NCBI GenBank assembly: GCA_951406725.2
Contig: OX597824.1
Location: 82,956,001 to 83,020,000 of the forward strand
Origin: Octopus vulgaris
Lineage: Eukaryota
Direction: 5' to 3'
DNA length: 64,000 nucleotides
The position numbers and the translations under genes are program-made. Shown here piece after piece: positions 1-13,730 of the stretch (positions are counted from its first letter, which is position 1; each line of letters opens with the position of its first letter). Below the pieces are notes generated by a model, which was not told the origin of the DNA, did not search any database, and was given only the letters and a program-made list of their open reading frames with translations.

Positions 1-59
1 TTTAACCGAACACGAACATAACACTTATACGCATGCGCGCACACGTACAACACATTCAC

Positions 60-125
60 GCATATAAGTAAGTATGTACATAAACATATACACATATGTA
101 TGTATATAGATAAATACACACACAT

Positions 126-159
<34 letters not shown>

Positions 160-274
160 TCATACATGCATGCATGCATACATACATACATACATACATA
201 CATACATACATACATACATACATACATACATACATACATACATGCATGCATGCATACATACATACATACATACA

Positions 275-305
<31 letters not shown>

Positions 306-344
306 GTATATACAAACTTATGCATGTGTATGAGTGTGTGCGTG

Positions 345-394
<50 letters not shown>

Positions 395-530
395 CTGAGA
401 GAGAGAGAGAGATATACACACGCATGCATATACATACACGAATACACAGAAACACAAACAACACACACACACACGCACACACACACACACGCACACACAC
501 ACGCACACACACACACACACACACGCACAG
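60..530. repeat. Compound microsatellite (CATA)n/(TA)n/(GA)n/(CA)n
   Basis: Directly visible; explains the low-complexity ORFs here. Similar tracts recur throughout the window. Confidence 0.95.
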
Positions 531-1026
531 ATTAATTATTGGAATAAATTTTCACAATTGTAAAGAAAACATCTCGTCCATGTATAAAGTGGTTTAACAG
601 AGATCTTAGAAAAAGCAAAAAAATAACTATATTTAGACCTATAATGTAATGATTATTGAGAACTGCTAAAAATACTTATTACGTTTTTAATCACAACCAC
701 CAACTAATGAACGATATGCAAATTAGTCAACGATTGAACAAGATCGTGCATGATTTAAATATTGTTTCTTCTGATCTCCTCGTCTCACGTAGAAGCGAGA
801 TGCGTTTTCAGGGTTTTTTCTGAAGCGGGGCCAATGAGCTATGAAGCATCCCATGTTTATCACTATGTTTTTCTATTTGCGACGAGAGAAATGATGAATT
901 CACATTTATTTACTTACAGCAGCAGAGAAGATGTTACAAACTAGCCTAACTACTTGTAAATTTAGTTTAGCATAGATTGTTGTAATACACGTTGTTTGCG
1001 CATAAAAGCAATTATTAGTTGCGCGC

Positions 1027-1077
<51 letters not shown>

Positions 1078-1245
1078 CATATATATATATATATATGGAG
1101 AGAGAGATACACACACATGCATATATATATATATTTACAGTTCTATATTTAAGAGATGAATGACCTGAATAATAATAATAATAATAATAGTAATAATAAT
1201 AATAATAATGATAATAATAATAATAATAATAATAACAATAACAAC

Positions 1246-1279
<34 letters not shown>

Positions 1280-1329
1280 GCAATAATAATATTAATAATA
1301 ACGAGGGGGCAGCCATAATATATATATAA

Positions 1330-1470
1330 GATTAATCAGCCGAAATTGCGAAGATGATCCGGTTCTTGACTGATGACTGAGGGCTTCGAATGTCCCGTCC
1401 TGTGGTTCTTGTGTCGTCTTCTAGGTGTTTCACGTTCTTGTCCCAGTTTGTATATATTTTTTACTTTTTA
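1330..1470 (+). mobile_element. AT-flanked repeat fragment, probable Penelope-like terminal-repeat piece
   Basis: Diverged inverted homolog at ~30712-30825; flanked by (AT)n; contains GAAA...CTGATGA. Confidence 0.45.
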
Positions 1471-1471
1471 C

Positions 1472-1519
<48 letters not shown>

Positions 1520-1971
1520 TCACACATACATATACATATATTCATAATCCACTGAAATGTATCGGTAACAAAAACATGATAATAATAATATTAGCGAAAA
1601 GCGGTACGCAGTATATAGCAGCACATTATATGTTGTTTGAGCTCATGATTGAATTTTTTTCAAAACTGTCCGCTCTGCGCTTGTTTGATCGCTGCAAAAC
1701 ATGATATCCCTCATTCTAAAAACATGATATCCCTTATTCTAAAGCATCTATCAAAGTCTCCTTTATTTCTAAATTGAAACTATATGAGATAAACATTTTC
1801 AGATGTCAACACCAACATTTGCATCGACTGGTATAACTTGAAAAATGAATTTGCTGGTGAGGATATGATTACCTCTCGTGACTAGTTGCAATCATCGCAT
1901 GACAATACGATACAGCGATTGCAAAATATCATTGCTTGGTCCGTTTGTCTGTCCTAGTTTAGTATAGCGAC

Positions 1972-2150
1972 TGCTGCCGTCTTAAGACACGGATGCACTG
2001 GACAGTTGTTCGTGGTGGTGGTGGGCCTCAGAAGCCTCGGGGCCCAGTTCTGATTTATATATGCAGTGGCTTGTCGTCAGTAAATAAATATTATAGGGAC
2101 CAGTTTATTGATTTTTCCCGAGTCCTATAATGCAGTTTAAGACAGCCCTG
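1972..2150. mobile_element. Degenerate hAT-like MITE
   Basis: Imperfect TIR (GCCGTCTTAA / TTAAGACAGCCCTG) and 8-bp flanking duplication ATAGCGAC/ATAGCAAC. Confidence 0.45.
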
Positions 2151-2435
2151 ATAGCAACCGTTTGAGGCCTAAATAGTCTGTTACGAAGACAATTTACAGG
2201 AACAATTAATAGGTTTTACAATATAACAAGACGTCAGAAATAGCAACAAACTCTCCTTCAAATCACTCGCTATGTCCGCCTTAAGAAAAGGTCACATTTG
2301 GCGGCGTAATGCTGCATACTGCATTTCGAAACACCAAAGACGAGAGGTTCTGCCTGTTTAGAACTGACTTCGATTTGAACAGTAACTGTTATCAAAATCC
2401 CATCCGCTTCTAGGATGATTTAGAAAAAAATTATA

Positions 2436-2959
2436 CCGTAAATCCTCGAGTATAATCCGCATTTTCTTCCCAAAATTTAAAGGTCAAAATTCCAAGTGCG
2501 TACTATACACGAGGTTAAAAATGTAAAACATTTTCTAAGCAATGTCCGAGCCTCTATTTGCTGTCCGGCAATGTTTATTCAAACGCATTTTGTGACGTCG
2601 GGCGGGAAAATACCTTAAGCTAAGCCTGAAAGCAATGAAGTCATAAAAGAATCGCCCATAACTTGCAGTAAGCAACATTTATTAAAATAAAAGTATTCAG
2701 AACACAGAATAACATATAACAAAAACAATTTGCAAACATATTTACATTCCCATATAACAGTTAAGAACATCACCATTATTGTATTACGCATACACAGAAG
2801 TGTTTGTTCGACTAGGTGCTGCTGGCTTAATTACGCACGACTCAAGTTAGAGAAGGGGTGCGTATTATATACACAAGGCTTAGGTTTTTCAGAGGTACAG
2901 CCCCCTAAAAATCCCCTGCGTATTATACTCAAGGGCGGACTATACTTGAGGATTTACGG
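2436..2959. mobile_element. Tc1/mariner-superfamily non-autonomous DNA transposon (MITE)
   Basis: TIRs CCGTAAATCCTCGAGTATA / TATACTTGAGGATTTACGG with TA on both sides; no transposase ORF. Confidence 0.85.
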
Positions 2960-3439
2960 TAGACCTATCTCAGTAACTTCGCTAATACTTTATCTGATCG
3001 GTTGCGGAACGATGAAAGGCAGCGCTGACTTCGGCGCGATTTGAGATCGGAACGTGAAGGGCCGTGATTAAATGCCAAAGGTATTTTTGTCCGACTCTCT
3101 AACGATTCGGCCACGGTCTATAGAAATAACCTGCTAAACTACCCTCTTCCCCTACCGCCCCCGCCAAATCTCCCGTTACACACTCCCTACTGTCTTAAAA
3201 AAGGAAGGACACATTATATATATTATAATATAATGTGGGAGATTCACAGCTGAAAATCCTTTGATCATGCTTTTGATCATAGGCGTGGGCATGGTTATCT
3301 GGTTAAGAAGCTCGCTTTGCAACCCATATGGATACGGGTTCGAGCCCACTGGTCCGTATCGTGGACAAGTGTTTCCTACTATAGTTCTGTGCCGATCAAT
3401 ACCTTGTAAGCGAATTTGGTAGACGGAAACTGTATGGAA

Positions 3440-3837
3440 GCTAGTGGCTGTGTGGTAAGTAGCTTGCTAACCAACCACATGGTTCCGGGTTCAGTCCCAC
3501 TGTGTGTCTTCTGCTATAGCCCCGGGCCGACCAATGCCTTGTGAGTGGATTTGGTAGACGGAAACTGAAAGAAGCCTGTCGTATATATGTATATATATAT
3601 ATATATTTATGTGTGTGTGTATTTGTGTGTCTGTGTTTGTCCCCCTAGCATTGCTTGACAACCGATGCTGGTGTGTTTACGTCCCCGTAACTTAGCGGTT
3701 CGGCAAATGAGACCGATAGAATAAGTACTGGGCTTACAAAGAATAAGACCCGGGGTTGATTTGCTCGACTAAAAGGCGGTGCTCCAGCATGGCCGCAGTC
3801 AAATGACTGAAACAAGTAAAAGAGTACTAAAAGAGTA
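3440..3837 (+). mobile_element. tRNA-derived CORE-type SINE with internal (TA)/(TG) microsatellite
   Basis: Head with A/B-box-like motifs (TGGCTGTGTGGT; GGTTCAGTCCC), family CORE-like CCTTGGGCAAGTG motif (seen in sister copies), tail GGCGGTGCTCCAGCATGGCCGCAG...GAAACAAGTAAAAGAG; many copies in the window. Confidence 0.85.
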
Positions 3838-3959
3838 CTATATGTGTATGGTTGTCTCTTACCATCGCTTCACAACCGGTGTTCGTTTGATCACGTCACG
3901 GCGAAAGAGAACAATGGAATTTAGAACGAGCGGCCGTAATTTAGAACATGCGCGGCAGT

Positions 3960-4097
3960 AACACAAGGTTCCGGGTTCAATCCCACTAATGGCACTTTGG
4001 GCAAGTGTCTTCTACTATAGCTACAAGCCGACCAAAGGTTTGTGAGTGGATTTGGTAGACGGAAACTGGAAGAAGCCTGTCGTATATGTGTATATAT

Positions 4098-4163
<66 letters not shown>

Positions 4164-4370
4164 TGTGTCTTTGTGTCTGTGTTTGTCCCCCATTACAGCT
4201 TGGCAGTCGGTGTTAGTGTGTTTATGGCCTCATAACTTAGCGGTTCGGCAAAAGAGTCCGGTAGAATAAGTAGTAGGCTTTAAAAAACAATTTATTCGAC
4301 TAAGACCCTTCAAGGCGGTGCTCCAGCATGGCTGCAGTCAAATGACTGAAACAGGTAAAAGAATAAAAGA
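3960..4370 (+). mobile_element. CORE-type SINE copy
   Basis: Same body and tail as 3440-3837. Confidence 0.8.
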
Positions 4371-4759
4371 ATTCTTAAAAAGTCTTCCAGTCGATATGTT
4401 CGACTAAAACCCATGAAGATGGTGCTCCAGCATGGTCACAGTCCAATGCCTGAACCAAGCAAAAGATAAAAGATAATATCTCGGTCTCATGAGTGACCTG
4501 GGGTTAAACAACAACAGTTATCATAACCAACAGCATTTCTTCTCTTCTAGTTTTCCCTCTGCTACTTTCGTCCCCACAAAACATCAGTAAACTAAGGCGC
4601 GGGTATAGCTGTGCATGGATATAGTTGTGTAAGAAGTATGCTTCCCAGGAACATGGTTTCGGGTTCAGTCCCACAGCTCGGCACCTAAGGCAAATATATT
4701 TTACTATAGCCCCGGACCACCTTGTGAGTGGTTTTGGTAGACAGAAACTGAAAGAAGCC

Positions 4760-4995
4760 AGGCGACGAGCTGGCAGGAACGTTAGCACGCCGGGCGAAAT
4801 GCTTAGCTGTATTTCGTCTGCCGTTACGTTCTGAGTTCAAATTCCGCCAAGGTCTACTTTGCCTTTCATCCTTTCGGGATCGATAAATTAAGTACCAAGT
4901 TACGCACTGGGGTAGATGTAATCGACTTAATGCATTTGTCTCTCCTTGTTTGTCTCCTCTATGTTTAGCCCCTTGTGGGTAGTAAAGAAATAGGA
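4760..4995 (+). mobile_element. Meta-domain tRNA-derived SINE
   Basis: GGCGACGAGCTGGCAG head, GAGTTCAAATTCC B-box, and GCCTTTCATCCTTTCGGG.TCGATAAATTAAGTACCA resembling the MetaSINE central domain. Confidence 0.8.
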
Positions 4996-5092
4996 ACGTT
5001 AGCACACCGGGCGAAATAGGGTAGGGTTTGGGGAAGGGGGCAAACACAGACTCAAAGACACACATATAGAGAGACATGTATACATATATATA

Positions 5093-5222
5093 CAGGGTGT
5101 CCCAAAAAAATGTATACACATAGTGGTTCGGCAAAAGAGAACGATAGAATAAGTACTAGGCTTACAAAGAATAACAAATTTACAATTATTTAAGGTGTGT
5201 ATACATTTTTTGGGACACCCTG
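5093..5222. mobile_element. Small Tc1/mariner-type MITE
   Basis: TIRs CAGGGTGTCCCAAAAAA..TGTATACAC / GTGTATACATTTTTTGGGACACCCTG with TA flanks. Confidence 0.8.
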
Positions 5223-5557
5223 TATACGTCGGGTTTCTTTCAATTTCCCAATAGCCCGAAGTTATAGAAGACACCTGCCCAACGTGCCACACAGTGGGAC
5301 TGAACCTGGAACCAAGTGGTTGGGAAGCAAGCTTCTTACCACACAGCCATTCCTGCGTCTAAAAGAAAAAAAAATATATGGAACATTTCACAAACTTGCG
5401 TGGCATCCTTGCTCATAGAAAATCGATGTGATGGTCATGGTTGGATATCCTTTTGATCATAGATACATTTGCTGAATCAAGATTGAGTTTGACTCGGGTC
5501 TAAAAAAAAATCAACAACAACAACAACAACAACAGCATATTTCTTTTCCGTTTCTTC

Positions 5558-5595
<38 letters not shown>

Positions 5596-5950
5596 ACATC
5601 CACAAGCTTCATCCGAAGATAAAACACCCGCACGCACACACCTCCTTCCTCCTTGAGCTTTCACTACCCACCACCTACCTACACCTTACACTCAGTCGCC
5701 TTCAAGTCTCTTGCTTCTATAGTTACACCCATTGACCTCTCTCTCTCCCCACCCTCTCTCTCTCTCTCTCTATCTCTTTCTCTTGTTAACCTCGATCTAT
5801 CTTGTTTATCTCGACACACTTATGTCACCCGATGTGTTGTTTGCCCTTATCGTGTCCATCAAGTCTTCGCTACAGAGGAAACGACGATGATTGTCAGGCG
5901 TTAACGGCAGACGTTAATGTATCTATCAGCATGTCGTTAATATTTAATCA

Positions 5951-6325
5951 GGAGTCGCAATGGCCCAGTGGTTAGGGCAGCAGACTCGCGGTCATATGAT
6001 CGCGGTTTCGATTCCCAGACCGGGCGTTGTGAGTGTTTATTGAGCGAAAACACCTAAAAGCTCCACGAGGCTCCGGCAGGGGATGGTGGTGATCCCTGCT
6101 GTACTCTTTCACCACAACTTTCTCTTACTTCCTGTTTCTGTTGTACCTGTAGTTCAAGGGGCTGGCCTTGTCGCTCTCTGTGTCACGCTGAATATCCCCG
6201 AGAACTACGTTAAGGGTACACGTGTCTGTGGAGTGCTCAGCCACTTACACGTTAATTTCACGAGCAGGCTGTTCTGTTGATTCGGATCAACCGGAACCCT
6301 CGTCGTCGTAACCGACGGAGTGCTT
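5951..6325 (+). mobile_element. tRNA-derived SINE (third family)
   Basis: A-box TGGCCCAGTGG and B-box GGTTTCGATTCC; body repeated at 44588-44820 and partly at 41000-41218. Confidence 0.85.
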
Positions 6326-6352
6326 CAAAAAGAAATATTTAATCAACAGGAG

Positions 6353-7588
6353 GGCGGCGAGCTGGCAGAATCGTTAGCACGCCGGGCGAAAATGCTTAAC
6401 CGTATTTCGTCTGCCACTACGTTCTGAGTTCAAATTCCGCCGAGGTCGACTTTGCCTTTCATCCTTTCGGGGTCGATTAAATAAGTACCAGTTACGCACT
6501 GGGGTAGACGTAATCGACTTAATTCGTTTGTCTGTCCTTGTTTGTCCTCTCTGTGTTTAGCCCCTTGGGTAGTAAAGAAATAGGTATTTCGTCTGTCTTT
6601 ATGTTCCGAGTTCAAATTCCGCCGAGGTCGACTTTGCCTTTCATCCTTTCGGGGCCGATAAATTAAGTACCAGTTACGCACTGGGGTAGATATAATCGAC
6701 TTAATCCGTTTGTCTGTCCCTGTTTGTCCTCTCTGTGTTTAGCCCCTTGTGGGTAGTAAAGATATAGGTATTTCGTCTGCCGCTACGTTATGAGTTCAAA
6801 TTCCGCCGAGGTCGACTTTGCCTTTCATTCTTTCGGGGTCGATTTAAATAAGTACCAGTTACGCACTGGGGTCGATATAATCGACTTAATCCGTTCGTCT
6901 GTCCTTGTTTGTCCTCTCTGTGTTTAGCCCCATGTGGGTAGTAAAGAAATAGGTATTTCGTCTCCGCTACGTTCTGAGTTCAAATTCCACCGAGGTCGAC
7001 TTTGCCTTTCATCCTTTCGGGGTCGATTAAATAAGTACCAGTTACGCACTGGGGTAGACGTAATCGACTTAATCCGTTTGTCTGTCCTTGTTTGTCCCCT
7101 CTGTGTTTAGCCCCTTGTGGGTAGTAAAGAAATAGGTATTTCGTCTGCCGCTACGTTATGAGTTCAAATTCCGCCGAGGTCGACTTTGCCTTTCATCCTT
7201 TCGGGGTCGATTAAATTAAGTACCAGTTACGCACTGGGGTAGACGTAATCGACTTAATTCGTTTGTCTGTCCTTGTTTGTCCTCTCTGTGTTTAGCCCCT
7301 TGTGGGCAGTAAAGAAATGGGTATTTCGTCTGCTCCTACGTTCTGAGTTCAAATTCCGCCGAGGTCGACTTTGCCTTTCATCCTTTCGGGGTCGATTAAA
7401 TAAGTACCAGTTACGCACTGGGGTCGATATAGTCGACTGAATCCGTTTGTCTGTCCTTGTTTGTCCTCTCTGTGTTTAGCCCCTTGGGTAGTAAAGAAAT
7501 AGGTATTTCGTCTGCCGCTACGTTCTGAGTTCAAATTCCGCCGAGGTCGACTTTGCCTTTCATTCTTGCGGGTAGTAAAGAAATAGGT
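6353..7588 (+). repeat. Tandem array of the Meta-SINE body (~184-nt period, ~6.5 units)
   Basis: GAGTTCAAATTCC recurs at about 6426, 6608, 6792, 6976, 7160, 7345 and 7527; only the first unit has the 5' head. Confidence 0.9.
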
Positions 7589-7806
7589 CATCTCTCGTAA
7601 TCTGAGAAAGACGGTTCTGCAATGTCGTGCTGCACGACCTGCGCAAATGATTTGTTTGTCCTCTTCAAATAAATGTATATGCTATACATAAGCTCACTCC
7701 TTCCATCAAATCACGCGTCAGGTGTCGACGTGACCGCAGAGCGAAGCGAGACGAAGTGTTTTGCTAGAGAGCAAAACGCACCACCTGGTCCAGCAACTGA
7801 AACCGT

Positions 7807-8250
7807 GGAGGCGCAATGGCCCAGTGGTTAGGGCAGCGGACACGCGGTCGTAAGAACGCGGTTTCGATTCCCGGTCTGGGCATTGTGAGTGTTTATTGAG
7901 CAAAAACACCTAAGCTTCACGAAGCTCCGGCGGCGGAGGGTGGTGAACCCCCGCTGTACTCTTTCACCATAACTTTCTCTCACTCTTTCTTCCTACTTCT
8001 TCCACAAAGTAGAAGAACCATGGTGTGGTAAACTTTCAGACCCTGGTCTAGACTGCGAACCCTCTGTACCCCAGGATGGTTCAGCTCTCCACCGGTTAAA
8101 AGCCACCGTTTACGGAATGAGGATAACAACGTAGCTTTCGCGCCCGTGCAACCGCCAGTCTATCGCGTGTGGTACACGCATTCTTAGCAGCTTAGAGTAG
8201 GCTCGAATTAGAGATTATTCTTTGTGGCTAATGGCGTGAGTCCTGATTGG
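7807..8250 (+). mobile_element. tRNA-derived SINE ending in a (GAA)n tail
   Basis: Same head as 5951 with a different 3' body; partial homolog at 56063-56305. Confidence 0.7.
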
Positions 8251-8643
8251 AAGAAGAAGAAGAAGAAGAAGAAGAAGAAGAAGAAGAAGAAGAAGAAGAA
8301 GAAGAAGAAGAAGAAGAAGGAGGAGGAGGAGGAGGAGAGCAACTGAAACCTATTTCTTTCCTACCCACAAGTGGCTAAACAGAGAGAGGACAAACAGGTT
8401 AAGTCGATTACACTGACACCAATACGTAACTGGTACTTAATTTATCGACGCCGAAAGGATGAAAGGCAAAGTCGACCTCGGCGGAATTTGAACTCAGAAC
8501 GTAACGGCAGACGAAATACGGCTACGCATTTCGCCCGGCGTGCCAACGTTTCTGCCACTGAAACCATGAACTCGCGAGTGTGAGGACTACAACACAAAAC
8601 CGCTTGGCCATACGTTCTCGACACATACAAACATACAATGTAT

Positions 8644-8726
<83 letters not shown>

Positions 8727-9627
8727 ATGTATGTGAATGTATACACATGTGTATTCAATAGCCAACTCTTACTTTGTTAGGTTTTTCAGCTATTTCCGCT
8801 TTTCGTACCCCTACAGCGAAACGTTTTGAACGTGGTTGTAAACAATCATCCAAGGCCAGAAGTTCCGCCCTGTTTATGCGCGGATATACTTTCTACAGAT
8901 GACTTGTTTTGAATTTTCACCGCCTTTCATTTTCCCAGTATTTCTCTCACAGATTTTCCCCCGGAAAGACTATCCTTCTGTTTCGTTCTTCTTTTCGGCT
9001 TTATAGAAGCCTTGTCTTTGAATTTCCCTACAAATTGTTCAGAATATCTTTTAATGTTTATATGTATTTACATTGCAATTATGTTTCTTTATCCTGTATG
9101 CGCGCCTTTCCGGTGCGTCTTTATTTACTCTTTTACATCTTTTGTTTGTATGTAAGTATGTATGTATGTATGTATGCATGTATGTATGTCAAAGGTACAT
9201 GAAGTCCAGTTACAACTACAGCCGGCTATTACCAGTAAAGGTCTTAGTTGCCAATTTTGTACAAGACATTGTAGATCTTTAGCTGGGCTAAAAAGTCACA
9301 TTCGATCACAGCACCAGTAACAGTTAAGCTTTGTGCACTGGCCATACTCGATAACAAGGGGGCAGCCATAGTGTATGTATGTATTTATGTATTTATGTAT
9401 GTATTTATGTATGTATGTATGTATGTATGTATGTATGTATGTATGTATGTATGTAGGTAGGTAGGTATGTAGGTATGTATGTTTGTATGTATGTATGTTT
9501 GTATGTTTGTTTGTATGTATGTATGTATGTTTGTATGTATGTATGTATGTATGTTTGTATGTATGTATGTATGCTTGTATGTATGTTTGTTTGTATGTAT
9601 GTATGTATGTACCCACAGAAACTATAT

Positions 9628-9997
9628 ATTCTTTTATTCTTTTATTTGTGTCAGTCATTTGACTATTTGACTGCGGCCATGCTAGAGCACTGCCTTTAGT
9701 TGAGCAAATCGACCCCAGGATTTTTTTTCTGTTGTAAGCCTAGTACTTATTCTATCGGTCTGTTTTTTGCCGAACCGCTAAGTTACAGGAACGTAACCAC
9801 ACCAACATCGGTTGTCAAGTAATGGTAGGTGGACAAACACACACATACACACACACACACACACACACATATATACGACCGGCTTCTTTCACTGAGGCTA
9901 TAGTAGAAGACACTTGCCCAAGCTGCTACGCAGTGGGACTGATCCCTGAACCATGGTTGGTAAGCAAGCTACTTACCACACAGCCACTCCTGCGCCT
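9628..9997 (-). mobile_element. CORE-type SINE copy
   Basis: Reverse complement of the 3440 family. Confidence 0.8.
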
Positions 9998-10024
9998 ATA
10001 TAGAGATGTTTCTTTATTAGCCAC

Positions 10025-10107
<83 letters not shown>

Positions 10108-10499
10108 TACACACATATATATTATTTGTGTGTGTGTATAGCTATGTGGTAAGAGGTTTGCCTCCCAACCACGAGGCTTCGGATTCGGTGCCACATGGTG
10201 GCACCTTGGGCAAATACCGTCCACTACGACCTCCTACCAACCAATTATTTGTGAGTGGATTCGGTACACAGAAACGTGTGTGTGTGTGTGTATGTATGTG
10301 TGTGAGTTTGTGCCCCGCCACTGCTTGACAACAAGTGTTGGTGTGTTTACGTTTCCTTCACATAACAGTTCGCCAAAAAAGAATGATAGAATAAGTATGA
10401 GGCTTAAAAGTAAGTACCGAGGTCGATTCGTTTGAGTAAAATTTTTCAAGGCGATGTCCCAGCATGGCCTCAGTCTAATGACTAAAACAAGTAAAGGAT

Positions 10500-10544
<45 letters not shown>

Positions 10545-10801
10545 GAGACACCCTTCGGTCATGAATGACCATGGGATTGCACCTAGAATGTTAGCACCAG
10601 TGATGTCGCAACGCATTTCTACAGCTGAGTGAACTGGAACAGCATGAAATAAAGTGTCTTGCTCAAGAACACAACACGCAGCCCGGTCCGGAAATTGAGC
10701 TCACAACCTCACGATCCTAAGCTCGACGTTCTAACCATGCGCCATACACCTTATATAACATTTCAAGTCGTATACAATATTATAATAGGAACAAATTCAA
10801 A

Positions 10802-10857
10802 ATCTTACACTTGTTTCTGGGATATCTCCGAGTATGGGATATTCCGTCATCAGAGAC
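10802..10857 (-). ncRNA. Type I hammerhead ribozyme motif (Penelope-associated type)
   Basis: Minus strand: GTCT-CTGATGA-cGGaATATC..GATATcCCa-GAAA-CAAGTG-TA-AGAT; predicted GUA cleavage; related to 12866 and 47744. Confidence 0.7.
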
Positions 10858-11183
10858 AAGTAGGGGAAAAACGTATGGAAAATGAGAATGGTATGTAGTA
10901 ATGAGACGACGGTATAGAGGAAGAGAGTAAAAGAATAAGGAGATTGAAAGAAAGAAGAAAAACGAAGCATAAAAGTTCACAGTTCAACTTTTTGAAATCA
11001 TAGAAACCAGAGCATGAGTCCTTAGGGGCAATCCTGCGTAGATCCATGAACGTAAGTCTTTGGGTGCAACCCTGCATATACCCATGTGGATTAAAATCCT
11101 GATATAGTAGACATCCCAAGGAAAAAGACGCGAACATATCAACGTTCAATAACCTATGAACTAATCCCCCCATACTTTGTATG

Positions 11184-11294
<111 letters not shown>

Positions 11295-11489
11295 CAGATA
11301 TAGGGTAAAAAATTATTAATTTAATTATTAATAAATTTTACCAAGTAGTTTCCGGTATGGAAAGAACAATTATCGGTAGAAACTTTTACAAAAGATTTTT
11401 TTTTATATATATAAATATAATTAAACCAGCTGTCTTTTGGCTGCTATTTCTAAATTTTCGGTATGTGGTGAAGCAACTTGTTTAACCCC

Positions 11490-11525
<36 letters not shown>

Positions 11526-11968
11526 AGAGTTCACGAAAAAAAAAGAAGACAGATGGTGTACAAAACAAACAGATTATTAGTGCAACGCTCAGGAATAGAA
11601 AAAGTCTTTAACCTTTCGAGCATATAAGCACAAAATATGGGGGTTTAGTTCACAGATGATCTAAATGACTGGGTAGGTTGGGTAAGTGCTATAACGGATT
11701 ACCAGGACCCCAAGCTCATAACTGAGACGGGAGTTACGAAACCATTGTAGATTTCCGATAAAGCCGATATATTTTTGTTACAGAGGACAACAAACGTTAA
11801 GGCAATTCTGTTATTGAACGTCGATATGTTCCCGTCTATTTCTGGATTTTAGGATTTTAACTTACACATGATTGCACCAAAGGACTTACGGACTTACTTC
11901 TACGCGATCGGAAAGTTGAATGGCGAACTTTTATGCTTCTTTTTCTTCTCTTTCTCTCTCTATATATA

Positions 11969-12044
<76 letters not shown>

Positions 12045-12106
12045 ATTAATGTAAAATATAGAATATATCTCTCGCTAGATGGAGTACTTTTTTTGTAGAT
12101 TTTACC

Positions 12107-12145
<39 letters not shown>

Positions 12146-12180
12146 TATATTATATATATATATATAATACCACTGTTGAG

Positions 12181-12224
<44 letters not shown>

Positions 12225-12243
12225 CCACTGTTGAGGTCTATAT

Positions 12244-12300
<57 letters not shown>

Positions 12301-12865
12301 CTCAACAGTGGTGCCCCTGCATGGCCGCAGCCTTCGGGCTGAAACATTTTTAAGGATTTAAGGATTTATACATACATACATACAAATGTATGTATGATTC
12401 GTTCTCTGTCGAAAAATACCTGTTGTTATTTCATGTTGTTTGCATTCGTAATTGAGTACCATGTTCTCCGTTTTTTTGTTGGTTTATTATTATTATTATT
12501 ATTTTTTGGTTTTTGTCCTTGTTACTGTACACATTCACTAGCTTTCTTACAAAGAGGTCTAATGCCCTTAGTTTAGACTTTTTTGGGGGCCAAAAACAGA
12601 TCGAACCATCTCAAGAGTAACTGGCCGAAATGGTCGTGACTTCAATGACTTGACTGATGAAAGAAAGCCAAGAATGACCCATCTTTTTTTGCCTGTCCTT
12701 CTAATTGTTGTTTCTCTTGTCCGCCTTTGTGTCGTCAATCTGTCCGAACGTTTTAATGCCCTCTATTGTGTTTTTGTTCCATATTTATATATATAAAAGA
12801 ACTTTTTGCGTAATAAGATAAAAAAAACCAAGGCTGTATAGATATTAGAGCTTTTATAGATAGAA

Positions 12866-12920
12866 GGTCTTACAGCTGTTTCTAGGATATTAATTAATAA
12901 TATCCCTTCATTGGAGACGG
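12866..12920 (-). ncRNA. Degenerate hammerhead ribozyme motif
   Basis: Minus strand: GTCT-CCAATGA-AGGGATATT..AATATCCTA-GAAA-CAGCTG-TA-AGAC; core G5 mutated. Confidence 0.6.
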
Positions 12921-13448
12921 TGTGAGAGGAAAGTTAAGTCATAGTTAGTTTAGATGTGATACAAAATAGAGAGTGAGGTGGAGGAAAGAAAACAGATGCA
13001 AGATATGTAGGGATATTGAAGTTGTAAATCCATTTTATAGGCATAATGGTATATATGCAATATTCAATACTGTTGTTTATCATGCAGCTTTGCAATAAGT
13101 TCCAATTATATCATTTTTTTTAAATGAAAATTGTTCATTGCTTGAAAAATATGGTTCAAGTTTAATAAAATTCATTATGTACTCAATGCATGAAGTCTCA
13201 TTATTGGACTCAAGGTCTAATGAAGAGCTCTCCACAGGAGCTAACTTAAAAACTGCCCGATAAGTCTGTGTATGTGTGTCTGTATATGTTACCATTCCTT
13301 CATCTTAGAGAATTTATCATTTAAACAATTATTTTTTTTTAGATGTTTCTTAAAGGTAACAGAATCACTAAATAATGTCAGGGACATTTCAAATGTAGGT
13401 TATGTATGTTGAGGAAGGAGGTCCAATTAGAAGGAATGATATTCCTAC

Positions 13449-13520
13449 ATGACTGCCGACGTGATGCGGACGAGTGGCCGCGGCTGTTTGGATGCTGACC
13501 ATTTTGGCGACAGTTTTGCG
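13449..13520 (-). other. Candidate exon of an unidentified minus-strand gene
   Basis: Unique GC-richer island; acceptor TTTGTTTGCGTGTTTGCCTCCAG; weak donor GTAGGA gives 72 nt; no recognised homology. Confidence 0.3.
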
Positions 13521-13698
13521 CTGGAGGCAAACACGCAAACAAATGCGAACTTGCACACATTAATTGTACACATGCACAGAGAGAGGGGAAGACGAGAAGG
13601 AGGAAGAGGGAAAGAGAGAAGAGGTAGACATTACACGTACATAGAAACATAACTAGGTACTCACACACATAAACACAAAGAGAGAGAGAGAGGGAATA

Positions 13699-13730
<32 letters not shown>

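Noticed and set aside
5951-6025. tRNA-like sequences here and at 7807, 56063 and 57027
   Set aside because: They are SINE heads continuing into repeat bodies, without a complete cloverleaf or terminator.
6353-7588. Regular repeat array resembling CRISPR
   Set aside because: Units are wholly repeated with no unique spacers, are SINE-derived, and no cas genes are present.
13080-13295. 71-aa minus-strand ORF with ordinary composition
   Set aside because: No recognisable domain or convincing splice signals; cannot be supported.
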